From positions 64,001-128,000 of the forward strand of contig JAWBYA010000005.1 of assembly GCA_038867615.1 (NCBI GenBank): a DNA stretch of 64,000 bases. Direction: 5' to 3'. The stretch comes from Sulfolobales archaeon (GTDB lineage: Archaea; Thermoproteota; Thermoprotei_A; Sulfolobales; AG1). The position numbers and the translations under genes are program-made. This document shows positions 9,020 to 19,893 of this stretch, one piece after another. The stretch's first letter is position 1. Each line of letters opens with the position of its first letter. The notes beneath the pieces were generated by a model. That model did no database searches. It saw only the letters and a list, made by a program, of their open reading frames with translations, and was not told the DNA's origin.

Positions 9020-10246
9020 CTATGGCATGTTTAGAGCATAGTTAACAGCTTTATAGGCATCGACCAGGCCGTAGCCGTATGCAGGGTCATATCCCGAAGA
9101 CCCTAGATCTATCGCTGTTGATATCAACACATCCCTAACCTGATCCGGAGCTAGCTTCCCATGGCCAGAGGCAAGCCTGAGCGCTTGGATCAGGGCTACT
9201 GTTGCCGAGACATGGGGAGCCGCCATTGAGGTTCCACTAGCATATGCATAGCTCCCACCCTTCCATGTCGATAGTATGCTAACACCTGGAGCCACTAGAT
9301 CTGGGTTTCTATTGCTCCAGCTGGGGACTTGGTAGTTGATATCAATAGCCCCCACCGCTATGACCTCGGGATATGCCGCTGGGTAGCTTGGCTGGGAGGC
9401 TCCCTCGTTACCAGCAGCTGCCACTAGGACTACGCCATAGCTATAGGCATAGATAACAGCATCACGAAGCACAGGGCTATCAGGACCGCCGAGGGACATT
9501 GAGATCACATCAGCATCATCAGTAGTCCCAGCATTGTTATCAGGACCCTTTGTAGCCTCAACTATTCCTTTAGCCACATCGCTCACATAGCCCGATCCGC
9601 TTGCATCGAGAACCCTTACAGCATATAACAGTGCTTTAGGCGCTGCTCCAGCCACGCCGATGCCGTTGAGCCTTGCAGCTATGATCCCTGCCACGTGGGT
9701 TCCATGCCCGTTGGGGTCGTCGCAGTTCTTGAGATTAGTCCCCTCATATAGAGTCTTAGTATTTCTTAGAGATACAACACACCATGTCACTGAATCCTTG
9801 AGATCTGGGTGCCTGTAATATATACCTGTATCAACAACAGCAACTCTTATCGTTAGCCCGTAACCATACGCCGCATCCCCATATTGGGGTGAATAGGTGC
9901 TCCAAACCTTTGTCGCATTGATCATCTCTATGTTCCACTGAACCTCCTGCTGGATCTTAACGGGCTTGTCATAATCAACATACCTAACAAAAGGCAGACT
10001 TGCAATCCTATTAACAAGGCTCTGGGGTAGTTCTAGAACCACGGCCTTAATCTCGGCTATCTCTAAGACAATCGAGCCCATGGATGATATCTGATCCCTA
10101 GAGGTATCGTAATTGCTATCCCCTCTAAACCCGACTATAACTCTGACTCTCTGATCCCCGAAACTCACCAACGGTGCAGAGCCTAGAAAGACTAAGAACA
10201 CTAAGATCAAGCCAACCATAGATATAATACGTTTCACACACAACAC
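9020..10246 (-). CDS. Secreted subtilisin-like S8 serine protease with propeptide
   Basis: Signal peptide; VAVVDTG, HGTHVAG, AAAGN, GTSMAAPHV catalytic motifs. Confidence 0.95.
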   Translation of the reverse strand: MLCVKRIISMVGLILVFLVFLGSAPLVSFGDQRVRVIVGFRGDSNYDTSRDQISSMGSIVLEIAEIKAVVLELPQSLVNRIASLPFVRYVDYDKPVKIQQEVQWNIEMINATKVWSTYSPQYGDAAYGYGLTIRVAVVDTGIYYRHPDLKDSVTWCVVSLRNTKTLYEGTNLKNCDDPNGHGTHVAGIIAARLNGIGVAGAAPKALLYAVRVLDASGSGYVSDVAKGIVEATKGPDNNAGTTDDADVISMSLGGPDSPVLRDAVIYAYSYGVVLVAAAGNEGASQPSYPAAYPEVIAVGAIDINYQVPSWSNRNPDLVAPGVSILSTWKGGSYAYASGTSMAAPHVSATVALIQALRLASGHGKLAPDQVRDVLISTAIDLGSSGYDPAYGYGLVDAYKAVNYALNMP

Positions 10247-10423
10247 CGCCTGGTATTCGCAACAAAGCTAATAAACCCCAACTAACTATAAAAAGATTAG
10301 CTCTTGCTTCTAGAAGATATGGCTGGAAAAGAGGTCAAGAGCGCTATATATTGGGATATACATGCCTAGATCCTCTCGATCATAGAAAAGAAAAACATAT
10401 TTATAAGCAATGGAAAACAGCCT

Positions 10424-10888
10424 ATGAAGGCATGTATCATGCCAGAACTACTTATACCTAGACATGTCTGGGAGACGGTGGTTAAAGCTGCTAGAGAAGC
10501 TAAGGAAAGAGGCATACCGGTAAGAGCCTTCTTCCTATTCTGTCGTAGAGGAAAACCCTTCCATGTCATGAGCTGTAAAGAGGTGCCTGTGAGGGTTCAT
10601 AAGCTGAATCCTCTCATCTTTACATGGGACTTGAGCCGAGCCAACAAGAGAGAATATTATCCTTCGAGAGACACACCGTATTCATATAGAGGTGTAATAG
10701 TAATTAGGAAAGATCTTCAATTAACTTTGCACGACGCATATTGGGCTGCTATAGATGCTCCAGGATCCATCTATATCCATGTAAGGCTGTGGATAGATGA
10801 GAACGGGAATCCTTGCTACGAAGCCCACTGGATCGATAGGGTTAAGACGCACGGGGAATTCACCCCTATAAAAATAAGAATCATATAG
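10424..10888 (+). CDS. Hypothetical protein (154 aa)
   Basis: ATG ORF with a TATA-like TTTATAA ~22 nt upstream; ends 5 nt from the tRNA-Leu 3' end. Confidence 0.6.
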   Translation: MKACIMPELLIPRHVWETVVKAAREAKERGIPVRAFFLFCRRGKPFHVMSCKEVPVRVHKLNPLIFTWDLSRANKREYYPSRDTPYSYRGVIVIRKDLQLTLHDAYWAAIDAPGSIYIHVRLWIDENGNPCYEAHWIDRVKTHGEFTPIKIRII

Positions 10889-10893
10889 ATGAG

Positions 10894-10978
10894 TGCGGGG
10901 GGTGGGATTTGAACCCACGCAGGCCTACGCCATCGGGTCCTGAGCCCGACCCCTTTGACCTGGCTCGGGCACCCCCGC
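10894..10978 (-). tRNA. tRNA-Leu(CAG)
   Basis: GCGGGGGTGCCCGAGCCAGGTCAAAGGGGTCGGGCTCAGGACCCGATGGCGTAGGCCTGCGTGGGTTCAAATCCCACCCCCCGCA folds as a cloverleaf with long variable arm and anticodon CAG. Confidence 0.97.
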
Positions 10979-11013
10979 CCATAAAGATAATAGTGTTTCT
11001 GGCTTATAGAGGT

Positions 11014-12066
11014 TTATGGCTTTCCTCCTCTGATCTTCTGCCTTTTCTCCAGGATTTTATAGAGGTGTGTTTTAACTATCCCTTCGGGCAGTATCCCCTG
11101 GGGTCTTGCTGCTAGGATTAATATTATCAGGAGTCCTGTCACCGCATATCTTATGAAGCTTATATCTATCGATATAGTTATTCCCAGAAGGGCTAGTGTG
11201 GAGGCTTGAGAGAATCTCTCGAAGAGGCTGAGAACCAGTGCTCCTAGCAATGCCCCGACATTGTTTCCAGAGCCTCCTAAGAGAACCATGGATATTATGT
11301 AGAAGGTCACTACAGGTATGTAGTCGTCAGGGAATATGGCTTGTGTGTAGAATGTGAAGAGACTCCCAGCAGCTCCCGAGAGGGCTGATGATATGAAGAG
11401 CACCTGCCCCCTAACCCTCGCAACATTCTTGCCAAGGGATTCTGCTGCGATCTCGTCATCCCTCACGGCTTTCATAACCCTCCCGAAGGGTGAGTTTGAT
11501 AGCCTCTCAACAAGAATGAATGTTGCGAAAGCAGCTGCAAGGGTTATTAGTGAGTAGAGGAGGAGTGTTAGGGATCTATCTGCTATCCAGTTGAGGGGGT
11601 TAGGGATCCCGCTCATACCGAAAACACCTCCTACGAGGGGCTCGTATGTTCTTACAAAAACCCTCCCTGCTTCCCCAAATACTAGGAGGGTTATTGCTAG
11701 GAAATCCTCCCTAAGTGCTAGTGCTGGGTAGCTTGCTAGGTAGCCGAAGATCCCTGAGACTATGGTTGATAGTGCTAGGGATACTAGGAAGACCTCGACG
11801 GCGAAGACAGGATTTGCTGCCGAGTATTCGGTACGCTTAGCCGCAGCAGCTGCTGAGAAGCTATCTGTTATACCTAGGGCTGAGTTGTAGAGAGAGCTTG
11901 TGACCACCGCTGTCACTATAGATCCTATGAAGAAGAAGAACACCTTGCCAAAGTTAGGTATTCCTGTATATCCATATTCTAGATTAGCGCTTAGGGCTAG
12001 TATTAGGTATATAGATGTGTATGTGACTATGCTGCTCACGAATATAAACATACCCGAGAGCTCCAT
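11014..12066 (-). CDS. livM: Branched-chain amino acid ABC transporter permease (LivM-like)
   Basis: YGYTGIPNFG, SPFGRVMKAVRDDEIAAESLG, VLLGGSGN, RPQGI. Confidence 0.88.
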   Translation of the reverse strand: MELSGMFIFVSSIVTYTSIYLILALSANLEYGYTGIPNFGKVFFFFIGSIVTAVVTSSLYNSALGITDSFSAAAAAKRTEYSAANPVFAVEVFLVSLALSTIVSGIFGYLASYPALALREDFLAITLLVFGEAGRVFVRTYEPLVGGVFGMSGIPNPLNWIADRSLTLLLYSLITLAAAFATFILVERLSNSPFGRVMKAVRDDEIAAESLGKNVARVRGQVLFISSALSGAAGSLFTFYTQAIFPDDYIPVVTFYIISMVLLGGSGNNVGALLGALVLSLFERFSQASTLALLGITISIDISFIRYAVTGLLIILILAARPQGILPEGIVKTHLYKILEKRQKIRGGKP

Positions 12067-12070
12067 AGCA

Positions 12071-12958
12071 TCACCTCATAAACAGCCTGCCCCTCCCAAT
12101 AAGCAGTGTAGATGCGATCGCTAGATAGGCTATTATAGGCTTATAAGCAGTATCTACTCCGAAGAATCTGTTGAAAAACCACATACCGAGATTCTCTGAG
12201 AAACCTATTATAAAGCCCCCAGCTATTGTTAGCGGTATACTCCTAATACCACCTATGATCGATGATGCAAAGATCCAGAGGAGAAGCCTCCACCCAGTCT
12301 CAGTATTTATACTAGTATAGAAAGCCCACAGAGCCCCCATAGCACCTGCTAGGAGGCCAGAGACTATCCACGTGATCCTCCTAACCCTCCATACAGGAAT
12401 ACCAGAGGCCGAGGCTAGCTCCGGGTTGCTTGCAAGAGCCCTCATAGCCTTCCCGATCATGGTTCTATGCCTAAACATGTAGAGAGAGACCGAGGCAACG
12501 CCTAGAAAGCCTAGACTGAGTATGTGGAGATTAGTTATAGGCGAGCCCATAGCATAGGCTATTGGTGTAAGACTATATCTAGAGGATAGGAAGAGCATGT
12601 CAGAGTAGTCAGCATATATAGACCACAGATATCTTATGAGAAGCATAACACCTATAGAGGCTATGAGGAGCTGTAGAGGCGAAGAACCCCTCCTATAGAG
12701 AGGCTTATACACAGACTCATCAACAGCAAGAGCAAGAATAGAGGAGACCATCATAGCGAGAAAAAGAGCCATGATAGGATCAAAACCCCCTATCGTGGCA
12801 AGAGCAGCAGCATAAGCACCTATAGTCACATACTCGCTAACAGCAAAATTAGCTATCCTCGTAACACTATAACTAATAGTGAGGGAGAGGGCGCCGAGAG
12901 AATATATAGATCCTGCGAGAAGCCCCTGAAGAGAGTTCCTCAGAACCTCGTCGAGCAG
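12071..12958 (-). CDS. livH: Branched-chain amino acid ABC transporter permease (LivH-like); probable CTG start
   Basis: The frame is open upstream of the track start (LLDEVLRNSLQGLLAGSIYSLGALSLTISYSVTRIANFA, a conserved LivH N-terminus). Also GKAMRALASNPELA and IIGGI. Confidence 0.85.
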   Translation of the reverse strand: MLDEVLRNSLQGLLAGSIYSLGALSLTISYSVTRIANFAVSEYVTIGAYAAALATIGGFDPIMALFLAMMVSSILALAVDESVYKPLYRRGSSPLQLLIASIGVMLLIRYLWSIYADYSDMLFLSSRYSLTPIAYAMGSPITNLHILSLGFLGVASVSLYMFRHRTMIGKAMRALASNPELASASGIPVWRVRRITWIVSGLLAGAMGALWAFYTSINTETGWRLLLWIFASSIIGGIRSIPLTIAGGFIIGFSENLGMWFFNRFFGVDTAYKPIIAYLAIASTLLIGRGRLFMR

Positions 12959-12994
12959 AGATACCCCTATTGTGCATAAGCTAAGGGTGATATA

Positions 12995-13630
12995 TCATTT
13001 GCCAACAGGCATCATAAAGGGGATAGAGACATGTCTATCATTGTACCCAACCCACAGCACTACATAGATATACTTATAATTGCTAGGAACTGTTATGTTT
13101 AGGAAAAGAACGCTATCGATGCTGAGAGTACCGACCTCATAGATATTAAGAACATCAAATGCCCTAAGATCTTTCAGAGAATACCAAGAGCCTAAATACT
13201 TAGCATAGAGCCTCGAGGAATCAGCGCCAAAACCCCCATCTAAGCTGTTAAACGATAGATTATAAGGAGAACCCTCGGGAGAGGAGATATTATACCCAAT
13301 ATTGCTAGGAGGTAGTTGCGGGAGTTCCCACCACCTCTGTGTATAGGAGAGAGCAACATGGAAGGTGATATAGGTGTGGAGTGAATAAACACCCTGAAGA
13401 ACCCCTACTCTAATGACACCAGCATAGATAACCACATAGGAGCCTCTATTCTCAAAAGATATGGGCAGAAAGAGGAATTCGTTCGAGACAAGCTCTGCGT
13501 ATGAGGTGAAAGCACTCTCAGAATACATGGAGAGAGTCCAGGAGCCGGCTAGAAGGAAACCGGCAATACCCAGAATTATGGTCAGGGTAATAAGGATCAT
13601 AGAGCCAATAATCTCTGACTGTGCCTTCAA
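12995..13630 (-). CDS. Archaeal type IV pilin-like protein (class III signal peptide)
   Basis: MKA|QSEIIGSMILITLTIILG prepilin-type N-terminus. Confidence 0.75.
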   Translation of the reverse strand: MKAQSEIIGSMILITLTIILGIAGFLLAGSWTLSMYSESAFTSYAELVSNEFLFLPISFENRGSYVVIYAGVIRVGVLQGVYSLHTYITFHVALSYTQRWWELPQLPPSNIGYNISSPEGSPYNLSFNSLDGGFGADSSRLYAKYLGSWYSLKDLRAFDVLNIYEVGTLSIDSVLFLNITVPSNYKYIYVVLWVGYNDRHVSIPFMMPVGK

Positions 13631-13634
13631 CGTA

Positions 13635-14651
13635 TCACCCCAAAACTAGCTCAGCACCTAGGACAGCTATATATTCAACACCAATGTTAAGCCTATTCCC
13701 TCCCAGCTTATCAACAATAAGGGTAACATTAAGGTCATATACACCTGGTGGGGCGTTTCTCATCGGTATGAGCGAGACACCCTCAAGAACTATATAGCCA
13801 GGGTCAGTGCCTTTAGGATACCACACAGTTTTGCTAGAACTAGTGCAGCTAGAGCTGGTATCCTGTTGCAAACATATCCTTAGGATGGTATCGAACTTCT
13901 CATCGGATTTATTAAATACCAGTACTACTCTGTAGAGCACCGCCACTGCATACGGATTTTCATTAATACTTACAGTGTTCTTGAAGATCAGACCAAAGCA
14001 ACCACTAAGCTCATATAATATATTATCGCCTCTGGTGTCATTTATTGTTAAGAGCTTTCTCGCAGGATCGTATTTGTTGAACGAAACCAGAGCAGCAACA
14101 CCGTTTTTGTTACATACAGTACTTCTCTCATTATACCTCGCTATTATGTTACTTCCATAGTAGTTATAGAGATCCTCAGCAAAACCAGTATTACTATGTG
14201 TAAATGTCACTGGCTGTGGCAATACTGTGTATTTTTCTTTTGCTGGGAATATGTTTCCTTTTGATGTTACTATATAGCATACTCTGCTCAAGTTATAGCC
14301 TGCTATATTGCTTATCGCATCGCCTGGGTTAAGGATCTCGCTTGTTCTGACCAGGAGTGTTTCTCTCTCACATCCTTTCCCGCTATCTATAACTGCTAGT
14401 ATTATAGTTATCGGTATAGATCCTGTGTTCTTTATCAGAAAAACCCTGCTCTCATTTACTATCTCTAGAGACTCTCGTGTTTTCTGGTTTTGGAACTCCC
14501 TCGCAACACTCATAGCCCTTAGTATTTCCCCGCTTGTGGTGTTTAGGTAGATTAAAAGGGGTATTAGGGTTACCATTATTATTGAGAGCCCTACTATGAA
14601 TGCCACCATGCCTGCTACTGCTTTTCTTACTATCGATTTCCTCATGACCAC
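13635..14651 (-). CDS. Pilin-like/minor pilin protein
   Basis: RKA|VAGMVAFIVGL hydrophobic N-terminus; KNTGSIPITI motif common in archaeal pilin-like proteins. Confidence 0.6.
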   Translation of the reverse strand: MVMRKSIVRKAVAGMVAFIVGLSIIMVTLIPLLIYLNTTSGEILRAMSVAREFQNQKTRESLEIVNESRVFLIKNTGSIPITIILAVIDSGKGCERETLLVRTSEILNPGDAISNIAGYNLSRVCYIVTSKGNIFPAKEKYTVLPQPVTFTHSNTGFAEDLYNYYGSNIIARYNERSTVCNKNGVAALVSFNKYDPARKLLTINDTRGDNILYELSGCFGLIFKNTVSINENPYAVAVLYRVVLVFNKSDEKFDTILRICLQQDTSSSCTSSSKTVWYPKGTDPGYIVLEGVSLIPMRNAPPGVYDLNVTLIVDKLGGNRLNIGVEYIAVLGAELVLG

Positions 14652-14713
14652 TTTTTTTATTCCATCGGGATATTTATTATTTATGTATAGTTTTAGCAGG
14701 CTATATCATCTCT

Positions 14714-17700
14714 CTATATTATCTCTTCCTCAGCCCTCCTCTCCATATATCTCCTCGCTATCTTCATCAGCACTATCACCGTAGCAACCATGCCAATAGC
14801 TACATATACCATAATGAACCTTGATAACATGTTTAACAGTGTTGGCTGTAGCTTTAATACTAAGTTCCGCTCCCCGACGGGTAGTGGCTCTTCAAGAGTA
14901 TTATAGCCTGCTGCTACCACTGTAACCCTGTATGATCCGTATGGTATACTGATCTCCGCCTTACCATCATTACCGGTCTTCCATGTAAACTCTACCGCCG
15001 GGTTCTCAAGGCTTTTTATAGTTATGCCCGCACCATTAATAGGCTGCCCGGTATCGTCTATAACGCTTATGGTGTAGCTCATGACCCTTCTATTAAGCGA
15101 TACCTCAATCCTACCGCCACCCACAACTATATCAACCTCCTTTTCTGTCGCAGTATATATAGATCCCTGCCCAGCAGGTTCAACAACTATTCTCGCATTT
15201 CCATGTGGTAGTAAGACAGTGGTAGTAGCACCTCCCGGCGATAATTCCTCGCTATACATGAGCCTGTCGCCCATGTATACCAGCACTCTGACCGGGGATA
15301 CAAGATCGCCGCTTATAGGATCTATTAGAGCTATGGTTACCTGATACCTAGTCCTATTTATACTTACCACAAGATCTTGCCTATCGATGTTTAGAACGCC
15401 TCTATAGCCTATATAGAGGCTCTGGTTAAAGGGCTCTATTAAGATAAGATAGCGGTCGAAGAATATCCTGGGTATTGTTATTGTACCATTACTTGATGTA
15501 ATGCCGGAGAAGATCCTTATGTTGGAAATCATGTTGATTATGGATACACCAGCATTGGGGACAGGAACGCCGAACTCATCTACTATCATAAGATTTACCT
15601 GGATCTCCCTCGGTCTTAAAAGAACCTCTAAGTTATTGATAGAACCAGGCTCGGTGATGCCGATAAGCGCCTCTCCCTCATGGAAGAAGGGTGATGCCGC
15701 GATAACTCTATAGATGCCGAGGGGAAGAACTACAGGGGAGCCAGGCTTGATAGTACCAAGATCTCCTCTCAAAAGAGGACCCTCCGCAAACAGTTTTATC
15801 GAGATCGACTCTTCAGGGGGCTTTGTAACATCAGCCCCAAGAACCCCAACACTTATGTTAAGCATAGCGGTGTTAACCCTGAATATTATGTTTATGTCAC
15901 CACTCCTACTTACAGTGAACCTGGCTCTAGCAAGCTCTATTCCATCGCCTATCAATAATGCATAGTGCTCCCCGCCCTCTAGCATAAGATCTAGAGGATC
16001 CTCAACAGTCGTTGTATTGATCTTTCCATCTATTGACAACATAAGCCCTGGCGGAACCATTGCTAGCATCGCTGCATACGGGCTCTCAGGGTTATAGTAG
16101 TAGAGGAAAAGCCTAACCCTGTATAGAATTGATCCTGGAAGATCAATTGTGCTTCCACTAACCACCAGACTGCTAACATACTCTATAGCGCCGCTCAGAA
16201 CCCTAGCTATATAGGATCCTCTGGGGAGGTAGAGAATGGAGGATCCGTTTATTATCAAGCCTCTAGCAACGAGACTATCATTTTCATATATTTCTATATA
16301 GCCATCAGTAACACCTATTGAGTAGTTGGAAACAACGCCCGTAACAAATACCCTTGGATAGATCCTCACAAGCTCTATAGAGCACCTACTAAACGCTATA
16401 TCCTGGAGCGCGTTGATAACATATACCCTCGAGGGCGTAGCTAGATAACCTCTCCCAAACCCCGCCGAAGTCCACATACCAGGGCCTACCGGAACTCCGA
16501 GGTAGTCATCACCCCTAGTACACTCAATAGATGTTGACTGATCAACCCTGTTTATATGGAGCTTTCCAGAACTATCTATAGCGATCAAAACCCCATCTCT
16601 ATAGTCAGCAGCAACTATAGATCCCGGGATATCTATCCCCCAGAACGCCACATGAAAACCCCTTTGGTCGTTATAGAGAAAATAGTAAGCCCTACCACTA
16701 TCAAGGATCACTGAGACACCCCGCCCATTATTATCATACCCCACCCACACCCCACTTGAAGATGGGGTGGGTAGTATATACCAAACATAATCCTCATACC
16801 TATTCTGGATCTTCACAGGTACGGGGTTGAGATTCTGATCGAAGTATATAAAAGCCGCCACAAATAGATCTTCACGATAACCAACAATGATTCCTAGGTA
16901 TGTCCAGGGAACCCCGGCAACATTGGGTTTGATCAGCTTAGCATAGACCGGCTTAATGTCAAGCAGAAGCGGCTTCCCGAATCTTATGGATTCGGGTGCG
17001 CAGGTTGCATCGAGAAGCACGGCATATGTTGGTACAGCGCTCTTAACGATCTGTGTAACCTCTCCTTGACCGCTTCTCATGATAACCATATACTCTATCG
17101 GTGTCTTTTCAAGCATATATTGATTCAACTCTATAGCTATGCTCTCTGTCTCGTACTCGGGATGGGTTATGTTAACAATATACAGAGTACTGCTCGGATC
17201 TATCAATGGGAGGCTAAGAACAGCGCTCCCGTTCTGATCCGAGATGGATTGAAAAACAAGACCTTTCGTCGCCTTGGGCTTTGCCAGGCTTGCAGTCACA
17301 ACAGCATCAGAGATCGGGTAACCTGTTTCATTATATATAACAAGGGCGACGTCAAGCGATGGTGGAGTATATATTGCGAGAAGAAGCGACGGATCAACTC
17401 TCCTAACAGCCCCATAGACAACTTCAGTACTAGATATATCTAGAATAGCACTTCTCATAAAACTATAGACAGCAGTGCTCTCACGAGGCCCAATCTCAGC
17501 CCAGCCACCCCTAGTAACCCTGTAGAGATATAGATAGCCTTGGCTGTCAAGAAGAGCTAAGATTGGATTGCAGAAAATACCAACCCCTATCGATAGTCTC
17601 TTAACAGGAAACCTCGACGCCTGTATATAGCTCGCCCTCCCCTCCCACGTATTATATACAACAGCCTCCCCCCTATCGGTGCCAACAGCTATATAGCTTC

Positions 17701-18034
17701 CTCTATCGCCGTCCGAAGCAATTGTAGTGGGGATCCCGCTTAATGCATACCTAGATCTATATATTGTTCGTGAAGGGCTATCCATGCTAAGAACCTCGAG
17801 AAAATAGCCCTCAGAAGACGCGTCGAAACCAGAGGCAGCTACTATACCCCTCCCAGGTATTGATGCAAACATGTTAGCCTGTATTGATAGATCCGTATAC
17901 CAAGTGCTATATAGGCTATACGGCTCCATAACACTAAGAGCCTTTGAAGCCTGCTGCGCGTTAGTAACATAGAGAGGTAATATTGGGAGCATTATGATCG
18001 CCAGTATCAGTAAACCTTTGTACCACACAACCAC
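14714..18034 (-). CDS. Large membrane-anchored surface protein (beta-propeller-like N-terminus, repeated carboxypeptidase-regulatory/Ig-like domains)
   Basis: Signal peptide; repeats like VIDDTGQPINGAGITI...TGNDGKAEISIPYGSYRVTV; C-terminal TM helix with basic/acidic tail. Confidence 0.75.
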   Translation of the reverse strand: MVVWYKGLLILAIIMLPILPLYVTNAQQASKALSVMEPYSLYSTWYTDLSIQANMFASIPGRGIVAASGFDASSEGYFLEVLSMDSPSRTIYRSRYALSGIPTTIASDGDRGSYIAVGTDRGEAVVYNTWEGRASYIQASRFPVKRLSIGVGIFCNPILALLDSQGYLYLYRVTRGGWAEIGPRESTAVYSFMRSAILDISSTEVVYGAVRRVDPSLLLAIYTPPSLDVALVIYNETGYPISDAVVTASLAKPKATKGLVFQSISDQNGSAVLSLPLIDPSSTLYIVNITHPEYETESIAIELNQYMLEKTPIEYMVIMRSGQGEVTQIVKSAVPTYAVLLDATCAPESIRFGKPLLLDIKPVYAKLIKPNVAGVPWTYLGIIVGYREDLFVAAFIYFDQNLNPVPVKIQNRYEDYVWYILPTPSSSGVWVGYDNNGRGVSVILDSGRAYYFLYNDQRGFHVAFWGIDIPGSIVAADYRDGVLIAIDSSGKLHINRVDQSTSIECTRGDDYLGVPVGPGMWTSAGFGRGYLATPSRVYVINALQDIAFSRCSIELVRIYPRVFVTGVVSNYSIGVTDGYIEIYENDSLVARGLIINGSSILYLPRGSYIARVLSGAIEYVSSLVVSGSTIDLPGSILYRVRLFLYYYNPESPYAAMLAMVPPGLMLSIDGKINTTTVEDPLDLMLEGGEHYALLIGDGIELARARFTVSRSGDINIIFRVNTAMLNISVGVLGADVTKPPEESISIKLFAEGPLLRGDLGTIKPGSPVVLPLGIYRVIAASPFFHEGEALIGITEPGSINNLEVLLRPREIQVNLMIVDEFGVPVPNAGVSIINMISNIRIFSGITSSNGTITIPRIFFDRYLILIEPFNQSLYIGYRGVLNIDRQDLVVSINRTRYQVTIALIDPISGDLVSPVRVLVYMGDRLMYSEELSPGGATTTVLLPHGNARIVVEPAGQGSIYTATEKEVDIVVGGGRIEVSLNRRVMSYTISVIDDTGQPINGAGITIKSLENPAVEFTWKTGNDGKAEISIPYGSYRVTVVAAGYNTLEEPLPVGERNLVLKLQPTLLNMLSRFIMVYVAIGMVATVIVLMKIARRYMERRAEEEII

Positions 18035-18179
18035 CCAGGCCTCCTATGCTTTTCTTAACAGATGTTTTTATATATAGTTTTTTATATATAAAACGAATCT
18101 GGATAACAACCATGGCGATAGAGATCCCAATATATCCCAACAGGCTACTACTTTATATATACCCCTGGAATATTATTTA

Positions 18180-19835
18180 GTGGAAACCATGGGGATTCTA
18201 GATAAGATCAAGGGCTTTACAAGACTTGGTGCGCAGGGGGAAAAGCAAGAAAAGCAACTGGAGGATAGCCTTCCTAAGACCCCTGAAGGCTATATGATAA
18301 ATATAAGGCTACCCATAATGCCCTACAGAGAGAAACCGAAGGGTGAGATCGTTGAGAGATACACAATCTATGATCCATGGGCTATGGTTTCAATCATACT
18401 TTCCGATAGCACGAGCGAGTATGTATATTTCATCGATGAAACTCCTCTAACAGAAGAGGAGATCAAGATCTATAGAAAAGTGATCGACTTCCTCATATGG
18501 GAAGTTGGAGAGATGGGAAAGGATGAGGATCCGAAGGAGTTTATAGTGAGAGAGGCTAGAAGGGCTATTGATCTCTTCAAGGCAAGGGCAAAGAGAGATT
18601 ATAACATTAGCTGGGACAAGATCCTGTATTACGTAGAGAGGGAGGTTAAGGGCTTTGGCCCGATAAACGTGCTGATGCTAGACCCAAACCTAGAGGATAT
18701 ATCGTGCAACGGTGTTGGGCTACCTATATATGTGTATCACAGGAAATACGAGTCCATGCCAACCAATATTATTTTCCAAAACGATGAGGATCTAAGCTCA
18801 TTTGTGGTTAGACTAGCCCACATGGCTGGAAAGCACATCTCAGTAGCATACCCAGTCCTCGACGCCTCTCTCCCAGGAGGCCATAGGCTTGCAGCAACAT
18901 TTGCGAAGGAGATTAGCCAGAAGGGCTCTGCCTTCACGATCAGGAAGTTCAGGGAGGATCCATTAACAGTTGTAGATATGATAAGCCTGGGAACAATATC
19001 ACCCGAGTTGGCAGCATATCTATGGTTCCTCATAGAGCACAAGAAAACATTCCTAATAATGGGCGTTACCGGGAGCGGTAAGACAACACTGCTAAACGCT
19101 ATCCTGAACCTTGTGAGGCCAAACTATAAGATAGTAACCATAGAAGAGACGCCAGAGATAAGGCTACCCATAAAGAACTGGGTGCAGCTCGTCACGAGAT
19201 CCAGCTACGCTGGTGGGGAATCAAAGACTGGGGAGATAACGCTCTACGATCTTGTTAAGATCTCGCTGAGATACAGGCCAGATTTGATCGTGGTTGGCGA
19301 GGTGAGAGGATCCGAGGCCTATGTGTTGTTCCAAGCAATAGCCACAGGCCATGGGGGAGCTACGACAATACATGCGGAGAGCATAGATGCGGCTATAAAG
19401 AGGCTTACAAGCCCGCCCATGAATATACCAGAATCATATATACCCCTGATCAACTCCGCACTAATGATCGAGAGGGTGCCTGTTAGAAGCAAAGATGGAA
19501 CGACAAAGATCTCGAGAAGAGTTACAAAAATATGGGAGATAGATAAAAGCGTAACACCAATGATTATTGGTAAGTGGAGTCCCAGCAGAGACATGCATCT
19601 ACTCACACTTGATAAGAGCCCTATGCTCAACTCAATAGCCGAAGCGCTTGAGATAAGCATGAGTGAAATACTCGACGAGATCCGGGCGAGGGCCGGCTTC
19701 ATGAGATGGCTATACTATAACAATATAAGGAACTATATCGATATAGCGTCAGCGATCTATAAGTACTATAGGAGCCCGAAGGAGATCCTGAGCCTTGTCG
19801 AAGCAGATCTAGGCCATATGGGCGAAAGCATCTGA
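18180..19835 (+). CDS. Type II/IV secretion (pilus assembly) ATPase, VirB11/ArlI family
   Basis: DPNLEDISC, FTIRKF, GVTGSGKTT, LRYRPDLIVVGEVRG, TGH...TIHA. Confidence 0.95.
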   Translation: METMGILDKIKGFTRLGAQGEKQEKQLEDSLPKTPEGYMINIRLPIMPYREKPKGEIVERYTIYDPWAMVSIILSDSTSEYVYFIDETPLTEEEIKIYRKVIDFLIWEVGEMGKDEDPKEFIVREARRAIDLFKARAKRDYNISWDKILYYVEREVKGFGPINVLMLDPNLEDISCNGVGLPIYVYHRKYESMPTNIIFQNDEDLSSFVVRLAHMAGKHISVAYPVLDASLPGGHRLAATFAKEISQKGSAFTIRKFREDPLTVVDMISLGTISPELAAYLWFLIEHKKTFLIMGVTGSGKTTLLNAILNLVRPNYKIVTIEETPEIRLPIKNWVQLVTRSSYAGGESKTGEITLYDLVKISLRYRPDLIVVGEVRGSEAYVLFQAIATGHGGATTIHAESIDAAIKRLTSPPMNIPESYIPLINSALMIERVPVRSKDGTTKISRRVTKIWEIDKSVTPMIIGKWSPSRDMHLLTLDKSPMLNSIAEALEISMSEILDEIRARAGFMRWLYYNNIRNYIDIASAIYKYYRSPKEILSLVEADLGHMGESI

Positions 19836-19893
19836 AACTAATACTAATAAATCTCGATTAGAACTTCAGCATAGATACCTCGAGAGGAAAGCC

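Noticed and set aside
10721-11115. ORFs 10721-10918(-) and 10909-11115(+)
   Set aside because: They overlap tRNA-Leu and flanking real genes, so they are shadow ORFs
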